DNA of 64,000 nucleotides from Candidatus Sericytochromatia bacterium (GTDB lineage: Bacteria; Cyanobacteriota; Sericytochromatia; S15B-MN24; UBA4093). Shown here one piece after another: positions 1 through 9,718 of this stretch. The notes beneath the pieces were generated by a model. It saw nothing but the letters and a program-made list of their open reading frames with translations. It had not been told where the DNA came from and searched no databases. A program made the translations under genes and the position numbers. The first letter of the stretch is position 1. Each line of letters begins with the position of its first letter. The stretch lies in the NCBI GenBank assembly GCA_036676495.1, contig JAKFCT010000028.1, forward strand, positions 128,001 through 192,000, in the 5' to 3' direction.

Positions 1-59
1 CAAGGCCTGCTGCCTGTCCAAGCCTGCCGCCGCCGGGACGCCCCAGGCCTAGATCCGCC

Positions 60-1583
60 ATGCAACCGAGCGTCGCCGAGTTCTACCACGAAGCCACCAA
101 GTACACGCCTGAAGGCTTGGCATCCCATCGACCGAAGATCGACTGGGAGCATCCGCCGCTGCCGTTCAAGCCTTACACGACGGGGAAACGGGTCGATCTC
201 GCGCAGTACCTTCCCTTCGCCGAGCTGGAGCGCTCCGAGGACGTCCAGGAGGAATGGGAGGCGCTGACCTTCGAGGAGCGCTCCATGGCCGATCTCTCCC
301 ACTTGCTGTACTTCAGCAACGGGGTGACGGCGGTCGTCCCGTACCCCGAGCGGGAGTTCCTGATGCGCGCGGCCCCGTCCGCCGGGGGGCTCTACCCCAC
401 GGAGATCTACGTGGCCGCGCGGAACTACCCCGGCCTGTCCGACGGCCTCTACAACTACCAGGTACGCCAGCACGAGCTGATCGGCTTCTGGGAGGGGGAC
501 GTGCATCGCCGGCTGGCCGACCTCAGCTTCGAGCACCCGGCCGTCGAAGCCTCTGATTTGCTTTTGATCTATACCGGCGTCTTCTTCCGCAGCGCGTGGC
601 GCTACCAGGACCGCGCCTACCGGCGCATCCTCCTCGACACCGGGCACGTCTGGGGCAACACCGCCATGATGGCACCGTTCTTCGGGCGCGAGGCTTTCCC
701 CCTGGGAGGCTTTCAGGATGACGCCCTGGAAGATTTGCTCTTCCTGGAACGCCACGTGGAGTCCGGGCTGCTGATGCTCTCCCTGCCCCGCCAGGAGCGC
801 GTCACCGCGGCCGTGCGCGAGGCGGCCCCGGCGCTGCCCTCGCCGGTACGCCGCGACCCCCGCCACGCTCCGGAAGGGGAGCGCCACTGGGACCTGCATG
901 ACGCCTCCCGGATCACGGCGCCCCCGTCGAAACACGACGCCCCGGCCCCCGCGACCACGCGGCCCTCATTCGGATTTGCCGAAAGCCTCGAAGCCCCGGC
1001 CATCAACTGGAACGAGGCCCTGGGAGACACGATCGTCCTGCGCCGCTCGACGCGGGCCTACTCCGGCCGGGAAATCGCCCGCGAACAACTCGCTCAGGTG
1101 CTCGACTTCGCCTACCGCCCGGAAGGCGCGAGCGATCCCCGGATCGCGACGCCTCCGCGCCTTTTGGCCCCCGAGTTGCTGCAGACCTACGTGGCGGTCA
1201 ACGCCGTCGAGGGACTGGACCCGGGGTGTTACCACTACGATCCGACGCGGCGCGAGCTGCGCCAGGTGCGCTTCACGGGGCTGGCCATGGAGATCGAGTA
1301 CCTCTGTCTCGGCCAGGAGCTCGGGGGGAAGGCGGCGGCCGTGGTCTTCCACACCACCCACCTCCCGCGCGCCGTCGCCCGCTACGGGGAGCGCGCCTAC
1401 CGTTACGTTCACCTCGATGCCGGCCACCTGGGCGAGCGCATGAGCATCGCCGCCATGCGGCTGGGGCTGGGTGCCAGCGGCATCGGCGGCTTCTTCGACG
1501 ATCGCGTCAACGATCTGCTCGGGATTCCCGCCGAGGAAGCGACCGTTTACCTCACCACCTTGGGGCAGCCCAGCGCCATTTGA
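60..1583 (+). CDS. SagB/ThcOx-family dehydrogenase with two nitroreductase domains
   Basis: YHEATKY N-terminus, RAAPSAGGLYP, RYQDRAYRRILLDTGH, second domain RRSTRAY...RAYRYVHLDAGH...GIGGFFDD. Confidence 0.85.
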   Translation: MQPSVAEFYHEATKYTPEGLASHRPKIDWEHPPLPFKPYTTGKRVDLAQYLPFAELERSEDVQEEWEALTFEERSMADLSHLLYFSNGVTAVVPYPEREFLMRAAPSAGGLYPTEIYVAARNYPGLSDGLYNYQVRQHELIGFWEGDVHRRLADLSFEHPAVEASDLLLIYTGVFFRSAWRYQDRAYRRILLDTGHVWGNTAMMAPFFGREAFPLGGFQDDALEDLLFLERHVESGLLMLSLPRQERVTAAVREAAPALPSPVRRDPRHAPEGERHWDLHDASRITAPPSKHDAPAPATTRPSFGFAESLEAPAINWNEALGDTIVLRRSTRAYSGREIAREQLAQVLDFAYRPEGASDPRIATPPRLLAPELLQTYVAVNAVEGLDPGCYHYDPTRRELRQVRFTGLAMEIEYLCLGQELGGKAAAVVFHTTHLPRAVARYGERAYRYVHLDAGHLGERMSIAAMRLGLGASGIGGFFDDRVNDLLGIPAEEATVYLTTLGQPSAI

Positions 1584-1675
1584 TCGCTCCGAGTTGGGCG
1601 GGGAGGTTGCGGTTGCCGCTTGTCACGCCCCGCCCCTCCGCCTAGAGTCGAGTCAGAGCGAAAGGAGGGGGCCCC

Positions 1676-1987
1676 ATGGAGAACGTCTTGGTTCCAATCT
1701 GGATCGCGATCGTGGGGGGCTTCGCCTTGGCGGGAATCTTCATCCTCGGGGTCATGGGCGTGGTCTCGTTCTTCCGCGCATGGGAGCGCGGCGAGCCCGA
1801 GTTCAGCTCGTCGATGCCGCTCCAGGGTCCCGAGCGCTCTCCCTTGCACAGCGTGGAGGCTCGGATCGCCCGCGGGGATCTCAGCGAGCGCGACATGCAG
1901 GAGATGCGCGAGCACGTCGAGGGCTTGGTTCGGCGTCGCGAGGCGGATCGGCAGCGCATCGAGGGGCGCAACCCGCCCAGGGGCTAG
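1676..1987 (+). CDS. small hypothetical membrane protein
   Basis: AGGAGG RBS upstream, N-terminal hydrophobic helix, 103 aa. Confidence 0.65.
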   Translation: MENVLVPIWIAIVGGFALAGIFILGVMGVVSFFRAWERGEPEFSSSMPLQGPERSPLHSVEARIARGDLSERDMQEMREHVEGLVRRREADRQRIEGRNPPRG

Positions 1988-2041
1988 GCGGACGATCGTT
2001 CGTGATCAGCGCACTTGTTCATGCCGCGGTCCTGACCGAGA

Positions 2042-3298
2042 ATGGATCGCATGCGTGAACCTGCGAAGCTCTCTCCGTCTCAAGCCTCTCCGCTGGTTTG
2101 GCGCCTCGCCGGCGCCAGCCTCGGCTACCTGCTGCTCGCGCGCACGCTGACCTGGACCGGCTTGCCGAGTGAGTCCGCATGCTGGCTGGCGGGCCTGGGC
2201 ATGACCCTGGGCATGACGCTCCTGCCAGCGGGCAAATTCCTGCGTCCGAGCTCTCCCGGCGCCAAGCATGCCCGGCGCTTCGCGCAGCTCGCGCGGCGCA
2301 GCGCCGACCTGCCCAGCCTCAACCTGGCGATTATCGAGGCTTTCCGCCAGGCGACAAAGGCCGATCGGCTCTTTCTCTGGCTTCCTCCTGCCGGCGACGC
2401 CAGCTTCCATCTGACGGCCGGCATCGGCCCGACGCCGGAAACCATGGTCATCCCCGAATTCTCCCTGCGGTCTTGGCTGGAGGCGGGTCCCGCCCGCCCG
2501 AGACTCGTCCCTCCCATGGGCAGTCCGGATCTGCTCGATCAGCTGCTCATCAGCCTCGGGGCCAGTGCGTGCATCCCCCTGGTCTTGCACGGCCGTCCCA
2601 TCGGCTTGCTCACCTTGGGCCGCCAGTCGGGGCGACCGTTTCAAGCGCGAGAGCTCAAGGACGTCGAGGCTCTGAGCGCACAGGCGGCCTTCGCCCTGGG
2701 GCCGTACCAGCTGCACGAAGAGCAAAAGCTCCATCTCTCCAAGCTGGAGGCCGTTTCCCGGCTCTACCTCGACGCGCAAAAGAAGGCCGTCACCGACGGT
2801 TTGACCGGCCTCATCACCCATGCCCACTTCAAGGAGCAGCTCGCCAGCCGCTTCTACGAGGCGCGCCGGTTCAACCAGCCCTTGTCCCTGATGTTCATCG
2901 ACATCGACCATTTCAAGCGCATCAACGACACGTACGGTCATCAGACCGGCGACGAGGTCCTGCGGCAGGTTTGCCGGGTGATCCAGGAGCGCGTTCGGGC
3001 CTGTGACGTCGCGGCCCGCTACGGCGGCGAAGAGATCGCCGTGCTCTTGCCCCAGACCGACCTGCCCGGGGCGATGATCCTCGCGGAGCGGATGCGGGAG
3101 GCCATCAGCGATCTCTCGGTCACGGATCTTCGGGGTCAAGCGATCGTTTCGGTGACCGCCTCGCTGGGGGTCTCCGAACTCGAGCCCGACGATCAGGCGC
3201 CCGCCGACCTGATCGAACGCTCTGACCAGGCGGTCTATCGGGCCAAGCACCGGGGACGCAACCAAGTCGTCCAGTGGGCCCCCTCCTTGCTCGTCTAG
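2042..3298 (+). CDS. membrane-anchored GAF-GGDEF diguanylate cyclase
   Basis: two N-terminal hydrophobic segments, GAF-like region (IPLVLHGRPIGLLTL), DIDHFKRINDTYGH, RxxD I-site (RACD) and RYGGEEI. Confidence 0.9.
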   Translation: MDRMREPAKLSPSQASPLVWRLAGASLGYLLLARTLTWTGLPSESACWLAGLGMTLGMTLLPAGKFLRPSSPGAKHARRFAQLARRSADLPSLNLAIIEAFRQATKADRLFLWLPPAGDASFHLTAGIGPTPETMVIPEFSLRSWLEAGPARPRLVPPMGSPDLLDQLLISLGASACIPLVLHGRPIGLLTLGRQSGRPFQARELKDVEALSAQAAFALGPYQLHEEQKLHLSKLEAVSRLYLDAQKKAVTDGLTGLITHAHFKEQLASRFYEARRFNQPLSLMFIDIDHFKRINDTYGHQTGDEVLRQVCRVIQERVRACDVAARYGGEEIAVLLPQTDLPGAMILAERMREAISDLSVTDLRGQAIVSVTASLGVSELEPDDQAPADLIERSDQAVYRAKHRGRNQVVQWAPSLLV

Positions 3299-3343
3299 CC
3301 GCCAGGCTGTAGACTCTTGGAGCTTCATTCAAGGAGGGTCATC

Positions 3344-3664
3344 ATGTTCGGATCCGATCCCGGAATTCCCGAGGTCTCGCCGCAAGAGGTCCAGTCGCGC
3401 CTCGCCTCCCCGGAGCCCCCCATGGTGCTCGACGTCCGCGAGCCGGACGAGTACCAGGAAGGCCATATCCCGGGCAGCAAGCTGATCCCCTTGGGGACGC
3501 TGGGCAATCACCTCGACGCGCTGCCCAAGGACCAGCCGATCATCGTCGTTTGCCGCTCGGGCGGACGCAGCGGCCAGGCCACCCAGTACCTCGTCCAGGC
3601 CGGTTATCAGCCCTTCAACATGGTGGGCGGCATGCTGAGCTGGCAAGGTCCCGTCGAGCGCTAA
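3344..3664 (+). CDS. rhodanese-like domain protein
   Basis: LDVREPDEYQEGHIPGS and CRSGGRS active loop; AGGAGG RBS before ATG 3344. Confidence 0.9.
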   Translation: MFGSDPGIPEVSPQEVQSRLASPEPPMVLDVREPDEYQEGHIPGSKLIPLGTLGNHLDALPKDQPIIVVCRSGGRSGQATQYLVQAGYQPFNMVGGMLSWQGPVER

Positions 3665-5277
3665 ATTCCCGGATTCACCGCCGGGAGTCGATGAGGCTCG
3701 CAGCGAACCACCGTCACCACCGGGGGCCTTGGCTCCCGGTGGAACGTTTCTGCCCGGCGCACGGCCTCGCCGTCCATCCGGGTCATGCGCGCGTAACTGC
3801 GCATGAGCGCCGTTCCCGAACTCAACTCGAAGCGTTCCACGCAAGCCCCCGCATCGGCATCCATTTGCAGGTCCCAGCGCCTCGCGCCGTTTCTCAGGCG
3901 CATGAGGCGCAGTTCCTGCATGGCGCTTCGAAATTCGGCCTCTTCGGCCGGGTCGATCCGGTAGGCGATGCTGACGCGGATCGCCGCCGGCTCGTCTCGC
4001 CATGCCTCGGCTTCGAAGGGCAGCTCGGCCTGGGTCTCCAGGTGCATGGGGCCCGGTTTCGAGAGACCGTAGCGCTTCACGAGCCCCAAATTCAGCAAGA
4101 GTCCGACTCCGCAGATGCCCAGCGTGGTCCAAAGGCCGAACCAGCCGACGGAAGCGCCCCAGAAGGCGGATCCCAGGGCCTGGCCGCCGAAGGCCACGAG
4201 CAGGTAGGCGGCCAGCGCGCGCCCGCGCACCCAGGCGGGGGCGGTGGCCTGGACGGTGGCGTTGAAGTTCGCGAGCAGGACCAGCCAGGCGAGGCCGGCC
4301 GCGGCCAGGGTGACGCAGACGGCCGCCACGTGGTGAACGGTGGCCGTCACGAGGGTGGCGAGGGCATAGAGCAGGGTGGCTCCCGCGAGCAGGTGATTGA
4401 GCGGGAAGGCTTGACGCAAGCGTGAGAGCAGAAGTGCGCCCATGACGGCTCCGAAGCCGAGACAGCCCATCAGCAAGCCGTAGCCCGTGGGCCCGAGGCC
4501 CAGTCCGAAGCGCGAGATCAGGGGCAAGAGCGCCCAGATGGCCGTCCCGAAGACCATGAAGGCTCCGGTGCGAATGAGCACCGCCCGGACGTTCGGGGCG
4601 TAGCGAACGTAGCGAATGCCGGCGCCCAGGGCTTCCGAGAGGGGCTCTGCGGGGAGGCGGGGGGTCGTGGCGGGGCGTTTCCAGCGGAAGAGCACGACGA
4701 GGACGCCCACGAACGAGGCGGAATTCAACAAGAAGGCGGCGCCGGGACCGGCCGCCGCCACCAGGAGGCCGCCGAAGGCGGGGGCGATGGCACGGGCCAG
4801 GTTCAAGCCCATGGAATTGAGGGCGACGGCCGAGGGAAGATCCGAGCCGGGCACCAGTTCCGAGACGATGGCCTGCCATGCAGGGGCGTTCAGTGCCGCT
4901 CCCAAACCCAGGGCGAAGGTCAGTCCCAGGAGGGTCCAGGGGTCAGCCCATCCCATGAGCGTGAGGGCGGCCAATAGGAAGGAGATGGCGCACATCCACC
5001 CCTGGGTGAGCAAGAGCAGCTTGCGGCGGTCGAAGACGTCGGCCAGGGCTCCGGCCAGCATGGCGAGCAGGAAGACGGGAAGGGTATTGGCGGTTTGGAC
5101 GAGGGCGACGAGGAGGGGGGAGGGGGCCAGGGTGGTCATGAGCCAGGCGGCGCCGACGTTTTGCATGAGGGTGCCCATGTTGGAGGCGAAGGTCGCGATC
5201 CAGAGCGCCCGGAAAACCGGCTGGCGCAGGGGCGCCCAGGGGCTTTCAGGGGGGGTGAGGGTGGTCTCAAGTGGCAT
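3661..5277 (-). CDS. MFS transporter (MFS_3 type, extra C-terminal soluble domain)
   Basis: FRALWIATFASNMG, GALADVFDRRKLL, about 12 TM segments; start chosen at ATG 5277, overlapping the upstream gene end. Confidence 0.85.
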   Translation of the reverse strand: MPLETTLTPPESPWAPLRQPVFRALWIATFASNMGTLMQNVGAAWLMTTLAPSPLLVALVQTANTLPVFLLAMLAGALADVFDRRKLLLLTQGWMCAISFLLAALTLMGWADPWTLLGLTFALGLGAALNAPAWQAIVSELVPGSDLPSAVALNSMGLNLARAIAPAFGGLLVAAAGPGAAFLLNSASFVGVLVVLFRWKRPATTPRLPAEPLSEALGAGIRYVRYAPNVRAVLIRTGAFMVFGTAIWALLPLISRFGLGLGPTGYGLLMGCLGFGAVMGALLLSRLRQAFPLNHLLAGATLLYALATLVTATVHHVAAVCVTLAAAGLAWLVLLANFNATVQATAPAWVRGRALAAYLLVAFGGQALGSAFWGASVGWFGLWTTLGICGVGLLLNLGLVKRYGLSKPGPMHLETQAELPFEAEAWRDEPAAIRVSIAYRIDPAEEAEFRSAMQELRLMRLRNGARRWDLQMDADAGACVERFELSSGTALMRSYARMTRMDGEAVRRAETFHREPRPPVVTVVRCEPHRLPAVNPGI

Positions 5278-6166
5278 TGGCGAGGGTCGGGGCCGGTACG
5301 GGGCGGTTGGCGATCGCCACTCCCAGCAGGACGAGGGCCCCTCCGAGCAGCTGGAAGAGTCCGGGACGCTCGTGAAGGAAGACCACGGACATCCCCAGGG
5401 CGAAGACGGGGACCAGGTAGGTGTAGCTCGCCGCTTTGACGGCCCCGAGGCGCGCCAGGCCGCGGTTCCAGAGGACGAGCGCCAGGACCGTGCCACCGAG
5501 CGCCATGAAGGAGATGGCCAGCCAGAAGCGCATGCCCGCGTCTCCGGATGGAACGTCCAGGATGCGGGGGCCGGTGACCAGGAGCAGCAGGAGGGCGCCG
5601 ATGAGGCTGGAGTAGGCGGCCGTGGTGATGGGGCCCAGTCGCCGGGAGGCCAGGCGGCCGAGCAGGGTGAAGGCGGACCAGCAGACGGCTGAGGCCAGGT
5701 AGAAGAGGTCTCCCCAGAGGCGTTCGGGGTGGGCGTGCATGCCGAGGAGGGCGTCCTGGAAGACCAGCAGTTCTCCGACGATGGCGACGGCGATGCCGAG
5801 GACGCGCCGGCGGGTGATCGCCTCCCCGAAGAGCCAGCCGGCGAGGATCATGGTCAGGATCGGGTTGAGGGTGGGGCTGATCATGGCGCCGTCGGCCGCG
5901 GAGGCGAGCCGCATGCCCTCGAAGGCCAGCCAGTTGTAGGCGAAGATCCCGGTGGCTCCCAGGCCTACCAGGATGGGCAGGTCGCGCAGGGTGGGGCGGG
6001 CCTCGTGTCGCCGCACGGCGAGCAGGAGGAGCACGAAGAAGGGCGCGGCGACGAGAAAGCGCCACGTTCCGACCACGAGGGGAGCCACGTCGTGAACGGC
6101 GAGCTTGCCGACGACGAAGAATCCGCCCCAAAGGGCCGCCACCAGGACCATCGAGAGGCTATCCAT
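5267..6166 (-). CDS. DMT/EamA family transporter
   Basis: LWGGFFVVGK start, about 10 TM helices in two EamA repeats, GEAIT and LHER motifs. Confidence 0.9.
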   Translation of the reverse strand: MDSLSMVLVAALWGGFFVVGKLAVHDVAPLVVGTWRFLVAAPFFVLLLLAVRRHEARPTLRDLPILVGLGATGIFAYNWLAFEGMRLASAADGAMISPTLNPILTMILAGWLFGEAITRRRVLGIAVAIVGELLVFQDALLGMHAHPERLWGDLFYLASAVCWSAFTLLGRLASRRLGPITTAAYSSLIGALLLLLVTGPRILDVPSGDAGMRFWLAISFMALGGTVLALVLWNRGLARLGAVKAASYTYLVPVFALGMSVVFLHERPGLFQLLGGALVLLGVAIANRPVPAPTLANAT

Positions 6167-6194
6167 GCCCTCAGTGTAGGGGATAATTCGGGGA

Positions 6195-6248
6195 TTGGCT
6201 AAGGCCAGCCTAGCGACGCATCGTTCCGGAGCCAGGGGCCTTAGCCAA
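6195..6248. repeat. 12-bp perfect inverted repeat with 30-bp spacer (possible terminator or operator)
   Basis: TTGGCTAAGGCC 6195-6206 / GGCCTTAGCCAA 6237-6248. Confidence 0.5.
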
Positions 6249-6256
6249 GTTGCGGC

Positions 6257-6883
6257 CTATTTCAGTTCGGCGAGGATCGCCTGGGCTTTTTCCAGGTGCT
6301 GCTGGATGACCGGCAGGGTCTTCGTGGCGTAGCCGGTCACGGCGGGGTGCATGCCCTTTTCGGTCTCCATGGTGAAGAGTTTGACGGCCTTCTCGTGGCC
6401 TTTCACCATGACCTTCATGAACTCGCGGTCGAATTCCATGCCCGAGAGCTTGGACAGGCGCTGCATGGTCGCCTTGGCGTCGGGGGGGAGCTCCATCGGA
6501 GCGGTCAAGCCGGCCTCTTGGGCGGCGTTCAGCAGCTCCTGCTCGGACTTGGAGTGATCGGTCTGCATCATGCCGGCGAACTCCTTGACGCTGGCGGATT
6601 GGGCCTTTTGCATCCCCAGCCCCCCGAGGGCGACCTCTTCGAGGTTGGCTTGCGAGGCCTTGGTGACGAACTGCCGGTCCATGGCGTTGACTTGCGCATC
6701 ATCGGGCGCGGTGGGGCTCGGTTCGGGCATCGGGGCCTCGGAGGCCATCGGCTGGGGGGCCATGCCTCCCCATGTAGCGAACGGGGTGGCGGGGCCGTGA
6801 CGGCCCGGGTCCGAGCAGGCGGAAACCAGCATGATACCGGCGAGGGCCCCGGCGGCCCCGAGCTTGCCAAAATACTTAGACAA
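6257..6883 (-). CDS. DUF4142-domain (ferritin-like) lipoprotein
   Basis: lipobox-like VSAC; DRQFVTKASQANLEEV, VKEFAGMMQTDH, FDREFMKVMVKGH, TLPVIQQHL. Confidence 0.85.
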   Translation of the reverse strand: MSKYFGKLGAAGALAGIMLVSACSDPGRHGPATPFATWGGMAPQPMASEAPMPEPSPTAPDDAQVNAMDRQFVTKASQANLEEVALGGLGMQKAQSASVKEFAGMMQTDHSKSEQELLNAAQEAGLTAPMELPPDAKATMQRLSKLSGMEFDREFMKVMVKGHEKAVKLFTMETEKGMHPAVTGYATKTLPVIQQHLEKAQAILAELK

Positions 6884-7174
6884 GACGCAGTCCCCCTTTC
6901 ATGCGAGCGGCACGCTCCATCGCGAACCCCGGGAGTATGGCGCAGCGTCCGGCCCTTCTCAACGTTCCCATGACTGGTTTGAACCCCGGCATCCGCATGC
7001 CGCTTGCCCGAAGGAAAGGGCGCGTCCAGGGGGCTTCAGGCCGGCAAACGAGACTCGCCGCGAGAAAGCGGCCAAGGTTTTCCGGCGGATTCGGCCAAGG
7101 CCCCGGGTATAGTCCTCATGACGCGCTCATGCTTCCGCTCGCCACCCTCGTCGATATCGTTCAAGGAGCCTTTC

Positions 7175-7813
7175 ATGACCGACCTCATCCCCGGCCGCTT
7201 GATCACCTGGACAGCCAAGGGGCTGCTCGGGATGCCGCTGCGATCCTACGCCTACCGTCAGGGAGACGTGGTCGTCTGGATCGACCCCGCGCTGCCCGAG
7301 GACGCCTCGGAGGTGCTGGCCTTCGGCACGCCGCAGCATGTCCTCTTGACCACGGGGCTGCATGATCGCGATGCCGAGCGGATCCGGGAGCGCTTCGGGA
7401 GCCCGATCTGGGTGCCCGAGAAGGGGGGAGACCTCTTCATCTCGCGGCCCGACCACCGCTATACCTGGCAGAGCGACTTGCCGGCCGGCCTCAAGGCCGT
7501 CTCCATCCCCGGTATCGGAGGAGGCGAGCATGCGCTGGTGGGGGACGTGGAGGGGAGGCGCTTCGCCTTCGTGGGGGATGCGCTCTTCCACATCCCCGCT
7601 CCCGATCCCATCAGCAAGTTGCTGATCCTGCGCCAGCCCAAGGGGGAGTTCCAGCACAAGACGGTTTACTGGGGGGGAGGCGACAAGAAGGTGGCGCTCA
7701 AGGAGGCCAAGCGGCTGATCTCGCTGGAGCTCGCGATGGTGCTGCCCATGCACGGGACTCCGGTGCTGGAGGACGCGCACGCCAAGATTCGCGAGAGCCT
7801 GAGCGCCTGGTGA
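7175..7813 (+). CDS. metallo-beta-lactamase-fold protein (degenerate metal motif)
   Basis: WIDP, LLTTGLHDRD, FVGDAL, LPMHG; AGGAG RBS before ATG 7175. Confidence 0.65.
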   Translation: MTDLIPGRLITWTAKGLLGMPLRSYAYRQGDVVVWIDPALPEDASEVLAFGTPQHVLLTTGLHDRDAERIRERFGSPIWVPEKGGDLFISRPDHRYTWQSDLPAGLKAVSIPGIGGGEHALVGDVEGRRFAFVGDALFHIPAPDPISKLLILRQPKGEFQHKTVYWGGGDKKVALKEAKRLISLELAMVLPMHGTPVLEDAHAKIRESLSAW

Positions 7814-7828
7814 GCGGGTGGTTGAGGA

Positions 7829-8623
7829 CTAATACTGGTTGAGGGTGCCCCAGTCGCGGGCCTTGCGCTCGGCGACCACGAAGGTGGCGAGCCCCAGACC
7901 GAGGAAGATGACCGTGGTCATGGCGAGGCCGGCGATCGAGCCGTCGGCGAGGAGTTGCGAGAGCGGGACTCCCTGGATGGCGTTCTGTCTGAGCAGGATC
8001 AGGGCCTGGGTGAAGGGGAAGTGGTTGACGAAGCCTTCCATCCAGCTCGGCAGCGAGTCCAGGGGCATGACGGCGAGTCCGAAGACCAGCATCACGGCGA
8101 ACTGCGCGAGGGTGGCGATCTTCTTGTAAAGGAGGGCCGCGCCTCCCAGCATCATGCCGATGCCCTCGAGGCCGAGGTACATCAGGGTCAAGAGGAGGGT
8201 GAAGGAGGCGACGTCGAGGTGGAAGCGGGCGCCGGTGAGGCCCATGGCGATCGCCATGACCAGCACGAAGCGGACCAGCATCTCGACGAACGAGGCCAGG
8301 TCGCGCATGAGCATGATGACGACCAGCGGGGGCGGGCTGAGGGCGGCCTGCTCCAGGGTGCCGGTCTGGGTCTCCTCGGCCAGCAGCTCGGTGGCGTTGT
8401 TGATGCCGTTGATGGCGATGAAGGTGATGAGCAGGCCCAAGAGGCGGCCGAGCTGGCCTTCCTGGAAGCCCGGCAAGGCGTTGCCGACCGCGCCGAAGCC
8501 GTAGTAGATCATCAGGGCGAAGCCGAGGTTCCAGATCAGCCGGCTCACCAGCTCGAAGGGGTAGCGGAAGGTCAGGATGAACTCCCGCTTCAGTTCGGCC
8601 CAGAACAGGGCGGGCAGGTTCAT
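7829..8623 (-). CDS. ABC-2 type transporter permease
   Basis: about 6 TM, EETQTGTLEQ motif; overlaps the ATPase gene end. Confidence 0.85.
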   Translation of the reverse strand: MNLPALFWAELKREFILTFRYPFELVSRLIWNLGFALMIYYGFGAVGNALPGFQEGQLGRLLGLLITFIAINGINNATELLAEETQTGTLEQAALSPPPLVVIMLMRDLASFVEMLVRFVLVMAIAMGLTGARFHLDVASFTLLLTLMYLGLEGIGMMLGGAALLYKKIATLAQFAVMLVFGLAVMPLDSLPSWMEGFVNHFPFTQALILLRQNAIQGVPLSQLLADGSIAGLAMTTVIFLGLGLATFVVAERKARDWGTLNQY

Positions 8624-9615
8624 GTGCGGCCTCCAATCACCCGACGGTAGATCTCTTCGAGGTTGACGTCCTGCTGCCGGACGGAGACGAGCTCGAGGCC
8701 CGCCAAACGCAGGGGATCGAAAGCCTGGTAGAGGCTCTGGGCATTGCCTTCCGGCAGGGTAAAGCGCGACAACGCCCCTTCCTCCTCGAAACCCTGGGCT
8801 CCGAGCGCCTGGAGGGGCTCATGCAGGGCGGGCGGCAGGGTGCCGCGGACGGTGATCTCGTAGCCCGGAGCGCGATAGGAGGCTTGCAGCTGCTCGAGGG
8901 AGTCCATGACGGCCAGTTTTCCGCCAGCGATGATGGCGATCCGGTCGGAGAGCTCCTGGGCGACTTCCATCTGGTGGGTGGTGAGCACGATGCCGCACCC
9001 GTCCTGGGCGATCGCCCGGACGATGTCCTTGAAGGTGGAGGCGGAGACGACGTCGAGGCCCAGGGTAGGCTCGTCGAGCAGGAGAAGCTGGGGGGAGTTG
9101 AGGAGGGCGATGGCGATCGCCACCCGCTGCTGGAGGCCGCGCGAGAGCTCACCGACGCGCTTCGAGTGGTGGGAGGCGAGGTCAAGGCGCTCGACGAGGT
9201 CCTCGGCCCGGCGCTTCACGGCGGAGACGCCCTTGAGGGTGCCGAAGTACTCGAGGTTCTCGCGGACGGTGAGCTTCCAGTGGAGGTTGCGGTTTCCTTC
9301 GAGCACGGCTCCGAGGCGGGAGGCGGCGCGGGTGCGATCGCGCGCGACGTCCTGGTCCCCGACGGTGATCTGGCCGGTGGTCGGGCGCAAGAGCCCGGCG
9401 ATCATCTTGATGGTGGTGGTCTTCCCGGCGCCGTTGGGGCCCAAGAGGCCGAGAATCTCGCCGCGGTTCAGGCCGAAGCTGACGCCGCTGACCGCGGTGA
9501 GGGGCGGACGCCCCCAGCGCGCAGGGTAAACCTTGGTCACGTCCTTGACCTTGAGGGCGTCCCAGGTGGGAGTCGGCGTGAGTTGCGGGGGTGCGGCGGT
9601 TTCGATCGGGTTCAT
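8620..9615 (-). CDS. ABC transporter ATP-binding protein
   Basis: Walker A GPNGAGKTT, LSRGLQQR signature, LLLDEPT, H-loop TTH. Confidence 0.95.
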   Translation of the reverse strand: MNPIETAAPPQLTPTPTWDALKVKDVTKVYPARWGRPPLTAVSGVSFGLNRGEILGLLGPNGAGKTTTIKMIAGLLRPTTGQITVGDQDVARDRTRAASRLGAVLEGNRNLHWKLTVRENLEYFGTLKGVSAVKRRAEDLVERLDLASHHSKRVGELSRGLQQRVAIAIALLNSPQLLLLDEPTLGLDVVSASTFKDIVRAIAQDGCGIVLTTHQMEVAQELSDRIAIIAGGKLAVMDSLEQLQASYRAPGYEITVRGTLPPALHEPLQALGAQGFEEEGALSRFTLPEGNAQSLYQAFDPLRLAGLELVSVRQQDVNLEEIYRRVIGGRT

Positions 9616-9718
9616 ACGGATCCAGAATCCGGGATCTCGCTAAGCCTGTCAAGCTTGATGAGGACGTTGGTGCGTGCGGCTAGTTTCGAGACCGGGGGAG
9701 TCGTGGCATGATGAGGGC

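Noticed and set aside
7829-9615. Bacteriocin or RiPP export cluster around the ABC-2 pair
   Set aside because: No precursor peptide or modifying enzyme is adjacent.
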